A stretch of DNA of 32,000 bases from Candidatus Thalassarchaeaceae archaeon (GCA_045568075.1 JBJLBP010000001.1:510001-542000), one strand, 5' to 3'; counted from the first letter of the stretch, positions 8,352-15,779 are shown. A program made the numbers and translations. Notes: generated from the sequence alone by a model not told the origin.

Positions 8352-8610
8352 TTCCGTCTCATCCTCCGTCTCATTCCGGCCGCTTAACAAGTCCGTTACC
8401 GACAGGACGGCAGACGTTGATATAACAGTTCTGCACCTCTCAGGCTGTCTTAGTTACAAATAGTTGCATTAATCTCGCCTGATTTCACAATTCAACTCGG
8501 TGTGGAAATGAAACTGTTATGTTTTCCATAGGAAATGTGTAATGAAATGTAATGAAGTAGTATAATTTAATTAGGACATTCTAACTAATTGAATCAGGAG
8601 GGGGTGATTA
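8352..8610. promoter_or_regulatory. AT-rich divergent control region with direct and inverted repeats, a TATA-like box and a strong SD
   Basis: Direct repeat tccgtctcat at 8353-8362 and 8365-8374. 9-bp inverted repeat ATAACAGTT (8422-8430) / AACTGTTAT (8512-8520). GGAAATG at 8504 and 8531. Tandem tgtaatgaaa/tgtaatgaag at 8538-8557. TATAATTTAATT near 8561-8572. GGAGGGGGTGA at 8597-8607, just before the GTG at 8611. Confidence 0.45.
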
Positions 8611-11235
8611 GTGTCGGATGACTTGCAAATCGGCGTTTCATCAGTTGATTCCACTAATCTGAAACGGATTCGTAGCGCTCACCGTCGTCGACTTCTCGAT
8701 CGGCTCACTGATGGTGGTGCGACAGTGAGTGTACTCGCTCGCGATTCTGGATTACGAATTCCGCACGCTTCAGCAGAGCTAAGGCGAATGAGAAACGATG
8801 GACTGGTCGCCAGCGACCAAGTAGCCGGAGCCCGAGGTGCTCGCCTGCACCTGACCCAATCTGGATGGGAGGCGATCCGTTCCGACGAGCTGGCTAGGGC
8901 GATGGAGGCTCTACCTCTACCCTCACCCTCGTACAGATGCTGCTTACTCGCACGAGATGGAGCCAACCTACTGTTCGGCCTTTTGGCTCCAATCGACTCT
9001 CCACTCATCCTGATTCCCGACCGCCCTGCTCGTGCACCAATTGGGGAAGGAGGCTCCACCGGAAGAGAAGGGGTCTCTTGGGCTTGGGCGGCCCTCAGGG
9101 AGAGATCTCCGCGTTGGTTCGATCTCAGAACGCTTGAGATGCTCCCAGAACCTCCTTCTAGCCATGATCCTGAGAGCATCTCGGCCTATGCCGGAGAGAA
9201 TCACACACTCGGTATCGTCAGAGCCCGATTAGTCGATGCAGATAGGCCGGTAGCACTAGCTCCTGGAATCTGGTTTGAGGCACCTACCCAAAGACCTGAC
9301 ACCCCGCTACCGGAAGCCAGCCACCACCGTGGTAACTGGGTACTCGGCAATTGTCACGAACAATCTCCAGAAATCCGTCCGAAAGATCCAGTTTGTGCGG
9401 TTATGGAGGAGAGGCTACCCCGCTCAATGCTGCTTCGGACAGCTAGAGCAAATGCCCTCGTCATCGCTGACCTTGGTGGCCTCGATGCAGGAGGTCACGA
9501 ATATCCCATATCATGTCTCGATCACTGGATACAACGGGCTCATCCCCGGCTCATCCCTTCGGAACGCAAGCGTCGCCTCAACAGTCTGAGAGAACGCCTG
9601 ACATCAACGAGACGTGTGCGCACGGAGGAGTCGACTTGGAGGAGATTTAGGAAAGATTGGGGTGAGTCAACTTTCTCGACGGAAGAGCGTGGATTACGAA
9701 TGTTCGATACGCGCGGGCTTGGGGCGACTGCAGTAACTTCGCTAATTGAATGGGCGGTTGGTGAAGAGGAGAGGCCCCCGTTGGTTCTGGAGATTTCCGA
9801 TGGACTACCCGACGATGTTCTGACTGCTGTAATTTCACATCCATCACTTCGCCTCACACTCTCGCATTCTACACGTTCTTCTCTGGCTATATTCGATGAA
9901 TTGACCGTCGACCCACTCAGGCCTCTACCGTGGTTACGACTTCGAACCCGAGGTGGGAGAGACCTACCTGTTCGCCTCGTTGATCCAGTGCCGATGAGCC
10001 CAGAATCGATTGTCGATAGTGAAGAGGCACCATCTCCTTGGGCTGTGCTAGGTCTGGAGGTTGGCGGCGCTGGCGCTGGTACCACTGCTGATGATTCTTC
10101 GATGATTGGTTCTGCAATCGCTCAATTTCCAGAAGGGAATGAGGATTGGTCGAATATGATGGAGGCGAGCTATCCGGTTGCTGCTTGGATTGCTTCGCCG
10201 CCGCGGACGCGATGGCATCGATGGCAGCGATTGCGGTCACGGCTGGATGCTGAGTGGATTGCTCTGCTCGATCTTGATTTCATTCCACTCGAGCGTTTGG
10301 CTGAAATTGCTGACGAGGCTCCAGTGAGTGTATTGGAGATGTTCGCTGAGAAATTGCGGGCGATGCTTCGAGATGACCCAGAGATTGCTCTGAGGACGAG
10401 GCCAGCGACCGATCCATCACAGGCCACTGAAGGAGCTTCGTGGGTAGCGGCTCAATTGCTGAGCAATGCAGCGTGGTTGCCCGATGACATGCAGGATGAC
10501 CTGATCCGTTGGGCTCTCGAGGCTTGGTTGGTGCATCCTCCTGCAGATTCGCTTGCTGCATTACAGGCAGTCGATTGGATTCACGGGGGTGAGAGTGCTG
10601 ATGCGATTGGATACGCTCCTGTTCTGCAAGGTGTTTTGCGACGCTCGACCGGATTTGAGTTGGATCACGACCTCAAGATATGGTCACTACTGGTCGAGCG
10701 GATACGCGATGGTAAGAAATTGGATATCGAGGGAGTTGAGGCAATCGTGGAGAATCTCCCTCTCGATTGGTGGGCGCTACTCGCGCCGGAACTACTGACA
10801 AATCTGCTTGCGGAGGATGGCTCGCTCGAATGGCTACTAGAGAATCCGATTCCATGGGCAGCGGCCGTGTTACGGCCGCAGGGCGAGGCGAGCAGTGCTC
10901 CGGGTTTACGAGATAGGGTGCATCCAGGATGCTCGCCGGATATTCGTAACACCCTCGCGCGACGCTTACGTGCGCGTTACGAGAGAGGAACTCTTCCAGA
11001 GGCAACGGCCCCTCTCCTCGACTTGCTTGATTCATTAGACCGAGCTATCGAAGGCGGCTCGCCAGCTACCGGCAGAACCCATCCACTCGTAGGATGGCTG
11101 GCCCAACCGATCGAGAAATGGCCACCGCTGAGCACAGAGATGGCGATGAGCGGTGAGCCACACATCAGCGAGAGGCTGATTCTGCGCAGTTCCGGTTGGC
11201 ATCAAGACCTCTCACGTGATCACAGAACATTCTGA
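8611..11235 (+). CDS. Large (874 aa) orphan protein with an N-terminal winged-helix (ArsR/MarR-like) domain
   Basis: Long uninterrupted ORF with a strong SD. The N-terminus RRRLLDRLTDGGATVSVLARDSGLRIPHASAELRRMRNDGLVAS...RLHLTQSGWEAI looks like a wHTH. The remainder is W/L/A-rich and apparently helical. I recognise no catalytic motif. Confidence 0.7.
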   Translation: MSDDLQIGVSSVDSTNLKRIRSAHRRRLLDRLTDGGATVSVLARDSGLRIPHASAELRRMRNDGLVASDQVAGARGARLHLTQSGWEAIRSDELARAMEALPLPSPSYRCCLLARDGANLLFGLLAPIDSPLILIPDRPARAPIGEGGSTGREGVSWAWAALRERSPRWFDLRTLEMLPEPPSSHDPESISAYAGENHTLGIVRARLVDADRPVALAPGIWFEAPTQRPDTPLPEASHHRGNWVLGNCHEQSPEIRPKDPVCAVMEERLPRSMLLRTARANALVIADLGGLDAGGHEYPISCLDHWIQRAHPRLIPSERKRRLNSLRERLTSTRRVRTEESTWRRFRKDWGESTFSTEERGLRMFDTRGLGATAVTSLIEWAVGEEERPPLVLEISDGLPDDVLTAVISHPSLRLTLSHSTRSSLAIFDELTVDPLRPLPWLRLRTRGGRDLPVRLVDPVPMSPESIVDSEEAPSPWAVLGLEVGGAGAGTTADDSSMIGSAIAQFPEGNEDWSNMMEASYPVAAWIASPPRTRWHRWQRLRSRLDAEWIALLDLDFIPLERLAEIADEAPVSVLEMFAEKLRAMLRDDPEIALRTRPATDPSQATEGASWVAAQLLSNAAWLPDDMQDDLIRWALEAWLVHPPADSLAALQAVDWIHGGESADAIGYAPVLQGVLRRSTGFELDHDLKIWSLLVERIRDGKKLDIEGVEAIVENLPLDWWALLAPELLTNLLAEDGSLEWLLENPIPWAAAVLRPQGEASSAPGLRDRVHPGCSPDIRNTLARRLRARYERGTLPEATAPLLDLLDSLDRAIEGGSPATGRTHPLVGWLAQPIEKWPPLSTEMAMSGEPHISERLILRSSGWHQDLSRDHRTF

Positions 11236-11267
11236 ACGAAACAATTGAAATAATGCCAATTTCGACG

Positions 11268-11273
11268 TTTTTT
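11268..11273 (+). terminator. Oligo-T tract downstream of the 874-aa gene
   Basis: cgTTTTTTctcg lies 33 nt after the stop at 11235. Archaeal termination typically uses T-runs. Confidence 0.35.
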
Positions 11274-11299
11274 CTCGCTTCCCAACCACTCTCCCGCTA

Positions 11300-11632
11300 T
11301 ACGAGGGGTTCATGAAGGGTCCACCGGACGAATCGACGCCCGACCGGCAACACCGTGCCGACGAAAGCCCCAGCCGGAGTTAGTAGGATGAACCACGGTA
11401 CCACGGAACGGGATTTGCCGTATGTCGAAGACCGGAATGAGCCACTGCTGCGCTGTGACCTCCGGAGCAACACATACGGTCGGATTGTGATGGGTCCCCG
11501 GACGACTGCGACCGGAAGAGAGCGGAATGACTTACGGGACAACCACACGGTCCAACAGACGTCCCGGGGTGGGTCAGGTGCCTGAGCATTGCGATGAAGG
11601 TCACCGTTACGCCCCGGGGCACACCCCTTTTC
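11300..11632 (+). ncRNA. Candidate structured RNA, ~330 nt. Best guess is RNase P RNA, but the class is unresolved
   Basis: A 430-bp gap containing only implausible overlapping ORFs. Terminal pairing GAGGGGU (11303-09) with ACCCCUU (11623-29), then UUUU. Hairpin 11341-63 followed by GAAAGCCCC. Blocks AGGAUGAAC, CACGGUACC, CCGGAGCAAC, GGAAUGACU and CAACAGAC occur in the same order as RNase P CR-I..CR-V-like blocks. Several long-range helices are present. Confidence 0.45.
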
Positions 11633-11669
11633 CAAAGTCCTCAAGACTTCACACACTGGCTGGTTGACG

Positions 11670-12683
11670 ATGCACTCACTAGGATTGGTCGGCGGTACCT
11701 TCGACAGATTCCATTCTGGACATCGCGCACTCATCGAACGTGGATTGGCTGAGTGCGTGCGTTTGGAGCTGTGGCTTACGAGCGATCACATAGCGAATTC
11801 GAAGGATTCACGGATCGAGCCTTGGGCCGATCGCTCGTCAAAAATTCTCACATCGCTTGGTGATTCAGCGGATCGAGTCAGCCTGCACGTGCTGGAGGAT
11901 GAGGATGGGCCTGCTCCTTGGCACGAAACTGCTAACGCGATTCTTTGCACTCCTGAGACTCTTCCTGGTTGTGAGAGAATCAATCAAGCTCGCGCCGCCA
12001 ATTCCTTGGGCGCTCTCGAGGTTATCGTGGTCAAGCACGTGATTGCCCATGATGGCACTCCGATTTCGAGTTCTCGAGTGCGAGCGGGTGAAATTGACTT
12101 GGACGGTGAGCCCTATCTTCCTGCCGATACGGGGTTGGTCTCGATGATTATGACGCACGAGGTTGAAGCCAATCTAAAGGACCCGTTCGGTCAATTATTC
12201 GAGGGTCCTGAGGATGACCCGAGCGTTGCTATGCGGGCCGTCCTGGAGGAAATCTTCGGTAGTCCCGGCCCGGTAATTGCTGTGGGTGATGTCACTGTCA
12301 AGACTCTACAAGATCTTGGCAGCCCAGCCGATATTGCCCTTATCGATGGTAAAACAAAGCGCGAAGAGTGGGAACACGCTTCGACAATCGATCATTCTCT
12401 GTACAACGATACGCGTACATGTGAGAATCCTGCAGGCCAACTCTCCGCTGGACTTTACCTCGCCTGCGCTGCTGCGATGCAGGCCTGGCGTGAAGATGGC
12501 CGAAGTTGCCTCATCAATGTCGATGGCGAGGAGGATCTTGCTCCGCTCCTACTGCATCCGCTGGCTCCACTTGGGGCGGTTGTACTCTACGGTCAACCGG
12601 GGCGGGGAGTTGTTCTTCGTTGGACTGGAGCGGATTCAAAGTCGCGCTGCCGTGATTTGCTTACAGCAATGGTTCGCGATTGA
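11670..12683 (+). CDS. Fusion of archaeal-type phosphopantetheine adenylyltransferase (N-terminal) with a DUF359/GTP-dependent dephospho-CoA kinase (C-terminal)
   Basis: The N-terminal motif GLVGGTFDRFHSGHRALI is the cytidylyltransferase H-x-G-H signature, with ISSSRVR further downstream. The C-terminal half carries AVGDVTVKTL, IDGKTKREEW, NPAGQLS, VDGEEDLAPL and VVLYGQPGRGVVL, which match the TK1697-type DPCK family as I recall it. The ATG at 11670 is preferred to the TTG at 11664. Confidence 0.8.
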   Translation: MHSLGLVGGTFDRFHSGHRALIERGLAECVRLELWLTSDHIANSKDSRIEPWADRSSKILTSLGDSADRVSLHVLEDEDGPAPWHETANAILCTPETLPGCERINQARAANSLGALEVIVVKHVIAHDGTPISSSRVRAGEIDLDGEPYLPADTGLVSMIMTHEVEANLKDPFGQLFEGPEDDPSVAMRAVLEEIFGSPGPVIAVGDVTVKTLQDLGSPADIALIDGKTKREEWEHASTIDHSLYNDTRTCENPAGQLSAGLYLACAAAMQAWREDGRSCLINVDGEEDLAPLLLHPLAPLGAVVLYGQPGRGVVLRWTGADSKSRCRDLLTAMVRD

Positions 12684-12719
12684 GAAAGCAAGGTGGCTTG
12701 AGGAGCCAGCCGCCTAAAA

Positions 12720-13250
12720 TCAGGCTTCAGCCTTGTCGAGTAAGTTCAGCCCGATTCCGAATGAGAACGGGGCCACACTGACTGCGAAGACACCGGGGTC
12801 GACCCAGGTATTGTTCTGTATCGACCAAGCCAGATAGAAGAGGACACCGACAACGATCATCCAGTCGGCAAGGGTCTTGCGGATTCCGTTCTCGGTGGAA
12901 CTGAGTCCTGAGAGGCAGTTTGGTAGGTCACGAATTGCGGCGAGTGAGCCACCCTCTACGGCCTGTGCCATCCCTACATAGCCGAGTCCAGTTACGGCGA
13001 GGCCGAGAACTGCAAACACGATATCGTCGAGAACAATCGTGATTCCATCGTGAGCAACATACACCTCGCCAAATGCTCCATTACTGAGGAATCCGAGCCA
13101 AAGCACCTTGAATCCGGGTGAGTAAGCCCCGATGACGATGTTGACGATGGTCAGCAGGAGAACCCATCCGCCGAGCAGCAAGAAGCCGGTTGAGGCTGTG
13201 CGGCTCGGGCGAGTCAAGGCCGAGTACCAGTCGTTGTCAGCGAGGGACAT
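12720..13250 (-). CDS. Integral membrane protein of unknown function (~176 aa, 4-5 predicted TM helices)
   Basis: ORF 12720..13343. Hydrophobic segments: FLLLGGWVLLLTIVNIVIGAY, FAVLGLAVTGLGYVGMA, WMIVVGVLFYLAWSI. The ATG at 13250 is preferred because a hairpin (13286-13303) lies in the putative N-terminal extension. Confidence 0.6.
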   Translation of the reverse strand: MSLADNDWYSALTRPSRTASTGFLLLGGWVLLLTIVNIVIGAYSPGFKVLWLGFLSNGAFGEVYVAHDGITIVLDDIVFAVLGLAVTGLGYVGMAQAVEGGSLAAIRDLPNCLSGLSSTENGIRKTLADWMIVVGVLFYLAWSIQNNTWVDPGVFAVSVAPFSFGIGLNLLDKAEA

Positions 13251-13285
13251 CGAGTGCGGCGACCTGTGGACTCGGTTTAACCGTT

Positions 13286-13303
13286 GAGGCCCTGAAAGGC
13301 CTC
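13286..13303 (-). other. 6-bp stem-loop (GAGGCC-6 nt-GGCCTC) about 46 nt downstream of the cdc6 stop
   Basis: The + strand reads gaggcc ctgaaa ggcctc, a perfect inverted repeat. Confidence 0.4.
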
Positions 13304-13349
13304 TGTTTCGACAGCACTGAGGCTCTATCCTAAGTTCGAACATGCGACT

Positions 13350-14588
13350 TCAGAGATGGCTCTGGAGTCGGTAACGGCAGCGCGCTGCCTCAGCGATTAG
13401 TGGATCTGCATCACTCATTGTAGTCACCGCATCGATAGTCTTTGGAATCGCCGAGTTGACTTGCTTACTGCGTCCACCTCGACCCTTGCTTACGTTTCGA
13501 GCCATAATCATCCCTAGGGTGTCCAGTTCGTTGAGCAGGGTCGAGATTCTTCGAGGTGTAAGTGGTTCGACATTGACATTGAGACAAGCGTCGGAATAGG
13601 TTCGAAACACTTCTCCGGTGGAAATGTTACGCAAACCATTGTCTTCATTGATGCGGATTGCAAAGAGCACGAGCTTCTGGTGCAGTGGTAGAGTCTGTAG
13701 CACTGGCGTGACCTGATCATGCTCAAGTTGCGACTGCGCCAGACGGACGTGTCTTGGGTCAACCTTCGTCTGTGATCGCTGTTCTGCCTTCTGTACTGAG
13801 ATTCGTAGAAGGTCGAGTGCGCGGCGTGCGTCACCGTGCTCTTGGGCTGCGAGCGCAGCGCACAATTGGATGACTCCATTGTCAAGGACGTCCTCACGTA
13901 GACCAGTACTCGCTCGCGCTGTGAGAATATCCGTAATCTCGGTCGCGCCATACGGATGGAAGATCAGGTCCTCCTGACCGAGTCGACCCGAAACTCTCGG
14001 GTCGAGCAATTGTGTGAAATGCAAGTCATTGCTGATTCCAATGATGCAGCAACGCGAGCGCTTGAGAATTGTGTTAAGGCTCGTCAGATTGTACAGTAGA
14101 TTGTCACCTGCGCGCTCCACGAGGTTATCGATCTCGTCCAGTACGATGATGTGGACTCCGCCAGCGCGGTCCATCCTCTCGACGAGGTGTTCGAGAACTC
14201 GATCGGTCGGCCAACCTGTGAATGGTATAGGCACATCTCCGCGTTGAGCCAAGCGACTCGCCAGAGTCTGCACTACTCGATAGCGCGTGTCGACTTGCCG
14301 ACAATTAATCTCGTACGTACGCACGGACTTCCCGAGTTCAGTCCCCTTCTCACGCAATTGGCCGAGAACGAATCTGGTTACCACAGTCTTACCGCTTCCA
14401 GGTACACCGTAGAGAAGCATGTTCGAGGGAATGTGCCCGTTGAGAGCGTCGACGAGATTGCGAACTAACGCCTCAACTTCTCTATCGCGGTGAGGGAGCG
14501 TGGTAGGTTCGAAAGCGTGGTCGAAGGCCTTTCTATCGAGGAAGAGGGAATCTTGTCCCAAAATCTTCTCGAAAATATTGCCGTCCAT
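13350..14588 (-). CDS. cdc6: Orc1/Cdc6 replication initiator
   Basis: 412 aa. LPHRDREVEAL, Walker A LLYGVPGSGKTVV, Walker B IIVLDEID, sensor region GISNDL, arginine-containing GDARRALDLLR, and a C-terminal winged helix (RNVSKGRGGRSK). Confidence 0.95.
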   Translation of the reverse strand: MDGNIFEKILGQDSLFLDRKAFDHAFEPTTLPHRDREVEALVRNLVDALNGHIPSNMLLYGVPGSGKTVVTRFVLGQLREKGTELGKSVRTYEINCRQVDTRYRVVQTLASRLAQRGDVPIPFTGWPTDRVLEHLVERMDRAGGVHIIVLDEIDNLVERAGDNLLYNLTSLNTILKRSRCCIIGISNDLHFTQLLDPRVSGRLGQEDLIFHPYGATEITDILTARASTGLREDVLDNGVIQLCAALAAQEHGDARRALDLLRISVQKAEQRSQTKVDPRHVRLAQSQLEHDQVTPVLQTLPLHQKLVLFAIRINEDNGLRNISTGEVFRTYSDACLNVNVEPLTPRRISTLLNELDTLGMIMARNVSKGRGGRSKQVNSAIPKTIDAVTTMSDADPLIAEAARCRYRLQSHL

Positions 14589-14993
14589 TTCTTATCACAC
14601 AACCGCTGTCCATTCCATGTTCGCTACCTCCCAGAGGTTCTGAGTCATCGGCGGCGAACGCGGATTCCTCACGAAGGCGTTAGAGGTAATGAAAGTTCCC
14701 GGACTGTTGTTGAGGTAACGAGTAATTCTTAATCTTCAGTCATCCATTATGATTACTTCTTTCTCCGGCCGGAATCCGGAGGAATTAACAGTTCAGCACA
14801 ACGTTTTCGTAAAATTCTTATCACTTCGGTTTCATTTTCTCATCGGAATTTTAGCAGATGAACTGGATGGGATCGGAGAGGTATGTATTCCAGCTTGAAA
14901 AAAACTCTTAAATTGAGCGGAAGTACTGCTCTAATGTGTCTTGAAAGTAGTTTGAGAATGTCAGTTCTTATTTATAGAAGAAAATAATTACAT
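14589..14993. other. Putative replication origin / cdc6 upstream region (AT-rich, non-coding, repeat-bearing)
   Basis: 405-bp gap directly upstream of cdc6, visibly AT-rich. The exact 10-mer TTCTTATCAC occurs at 14589 and 14815. Related TTCYTMAYC-like copies occur at 14665, 14726, 14835 and 14965. Palindrome TCCGGCCGGA at 14764-14773. TTCCAGCTTGAAAAA at 14889 is loosely ORB-like. A/T runs near 14895-14990. Confidence 0.35.
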
Positions 14994-15779
14994 TCAATTT
15001 TTAACAAATATAAACTCGCCATTCTCTTCGATTGAGAGTTCATCTCCGTCTTCAAGTTGCACCACGTTTCCAGCCATGTCGGGCATCGGGAATCCCCCGC
15101 TTCTGCCCTCACCATCGGCGTAATTATGAGTCACCAATACCTTCGCTTCAGGATGACGTTCGGCAAGTTCCTGCACCTGTCTAGGATTGTGATGGTTCGG
15201 GCTTTCGACGAAATCTGGAACACCCATTTCGACGAGAATCACATCGGCTTGATCAGCCCATGATTCGATTCCCTCACATGGCCCGGAGTCACCACAATGA
15301 AGCAGTTTGAATCCACTTTCATGTCTCAAGAAGTAACCGTGGGGATCAGTCTCTGGTGTGTGAACAACCGGAAATCTCTCAAAGCTCCATCCAGATTCAC
15401 CAATCGTTCCAGACTCAGCTTCATTCCAGACGATCTCATCCTCTAAGACATCGCCCAAACTCCCTGGGAATCCCACCTCACTGAGTTGTGAGAGTAACTC
15501 TCTGCCACCCGCTCGCAGGTGAACGGCGAGCGGCGTATCTTGTTTCGAAATGTAGTGCCGCTCGAGAATCAGAAACGGAAAACCGAACATGTGGTCAGCG
15601 TGCCAATGAGTGAAGAGGAGATGTTCAATTTGTCCTGGCGAGGTTCCGACACGCCGCAGTTGTGGAAGCACAGATGGCGGCGCATCGACGAGGATTTTTC
15701 CATCGATTAGAACCAGCGCATGCAGTCTACCATTGGGTGAGAAAGCATTGCCCGTCCCGAGGAACTGCACGCGCGGCAT
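14994..15779 (-). CDS. Metallo-beta-lactamase fold hydrolase
   Basis: 261 aa. LFTHWHADHMFG (H-x-H-x-D-H motif) and HCGDSG. Layout resembles RNase Z/PhnP-like enzymes. Confidence 0.85.
   Translation of the reverse strand: MPRVQFLGTGNAFSPNGRLHALVLIDGKILVDAPPSVLPQLRRVGTSPGQIEHLLFTHWHADHMFGFPFLILERHYISKQDTPLAVHLRAGGRELLSQLSEVGFPGSLGDVLEDEIVWNEAESGTIGESGWSFERFPVVHTPETDPHGYFLRHESGFKLLHCGDSGPCEGIESWADQADVILVEMGVPDFVESPNHHNPRQVQELAERHPEAKVLVTHNYADGEGRSGGFPMPDMAGNVVQLEDGDELSIEENGEFIFVKN

Noticed and set aside
8538-8557. Short tandem repeat tgtaatgaaa/tgtaatgaag as a possible CRISPR or minisatellite
   Set aside because: Only two 10-bp copies with no spacers. The position over a promoter fits an operator much better.
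9540-10085. Long antisense or alternate-frame ORFs inside real genes, e.g. 9540..10085 (-), 5708..6079 (-), 20691..21281 (+), 27620..28222 (-), 30729..31247 (+), 2315..2845 (+)
   Set aside because: These are shadow ORFs, as expected in moderately GC-rich coding DNA. Each overlaps a gene with clear family motifs, and their products are low-complexity.
11300-11632. SRP (7S) RNA as the identity of the structured region
   Set aside because: The length fits. However, I find no helix-8-like GNRA tetraloop closed by a stable stem next to an AGCA loop: the GGAA occurrences at 11432 and 11514 lack closing pairs. There is also no UGUAAC-type Alu-domain turn on the + strand. The RNase P-like block order fits better, though this is not excluded without a covariance model.
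11297-11734. 145-aa minus-strand ORF, plus the overlapping 76-aa (+) and 80-aa (-) ORFs, filling the gap between the 874-aa gene and the CoA gene
   Set aside because: The three ORFs are mutually overlapping in different frames and have R/P/S/C-rich, non-protein-like composition. One overlaps the start of the next real gene. The region shows extensive RNA-like base pairing instead.
14490-14732. 80-aa plus-strand ORF spanning the cdc6 start and part of the AT-rich gap
   Set aside because: It is antisense to the cdc6 N-terminus, has no SD or promoter, and its composition is implausible.
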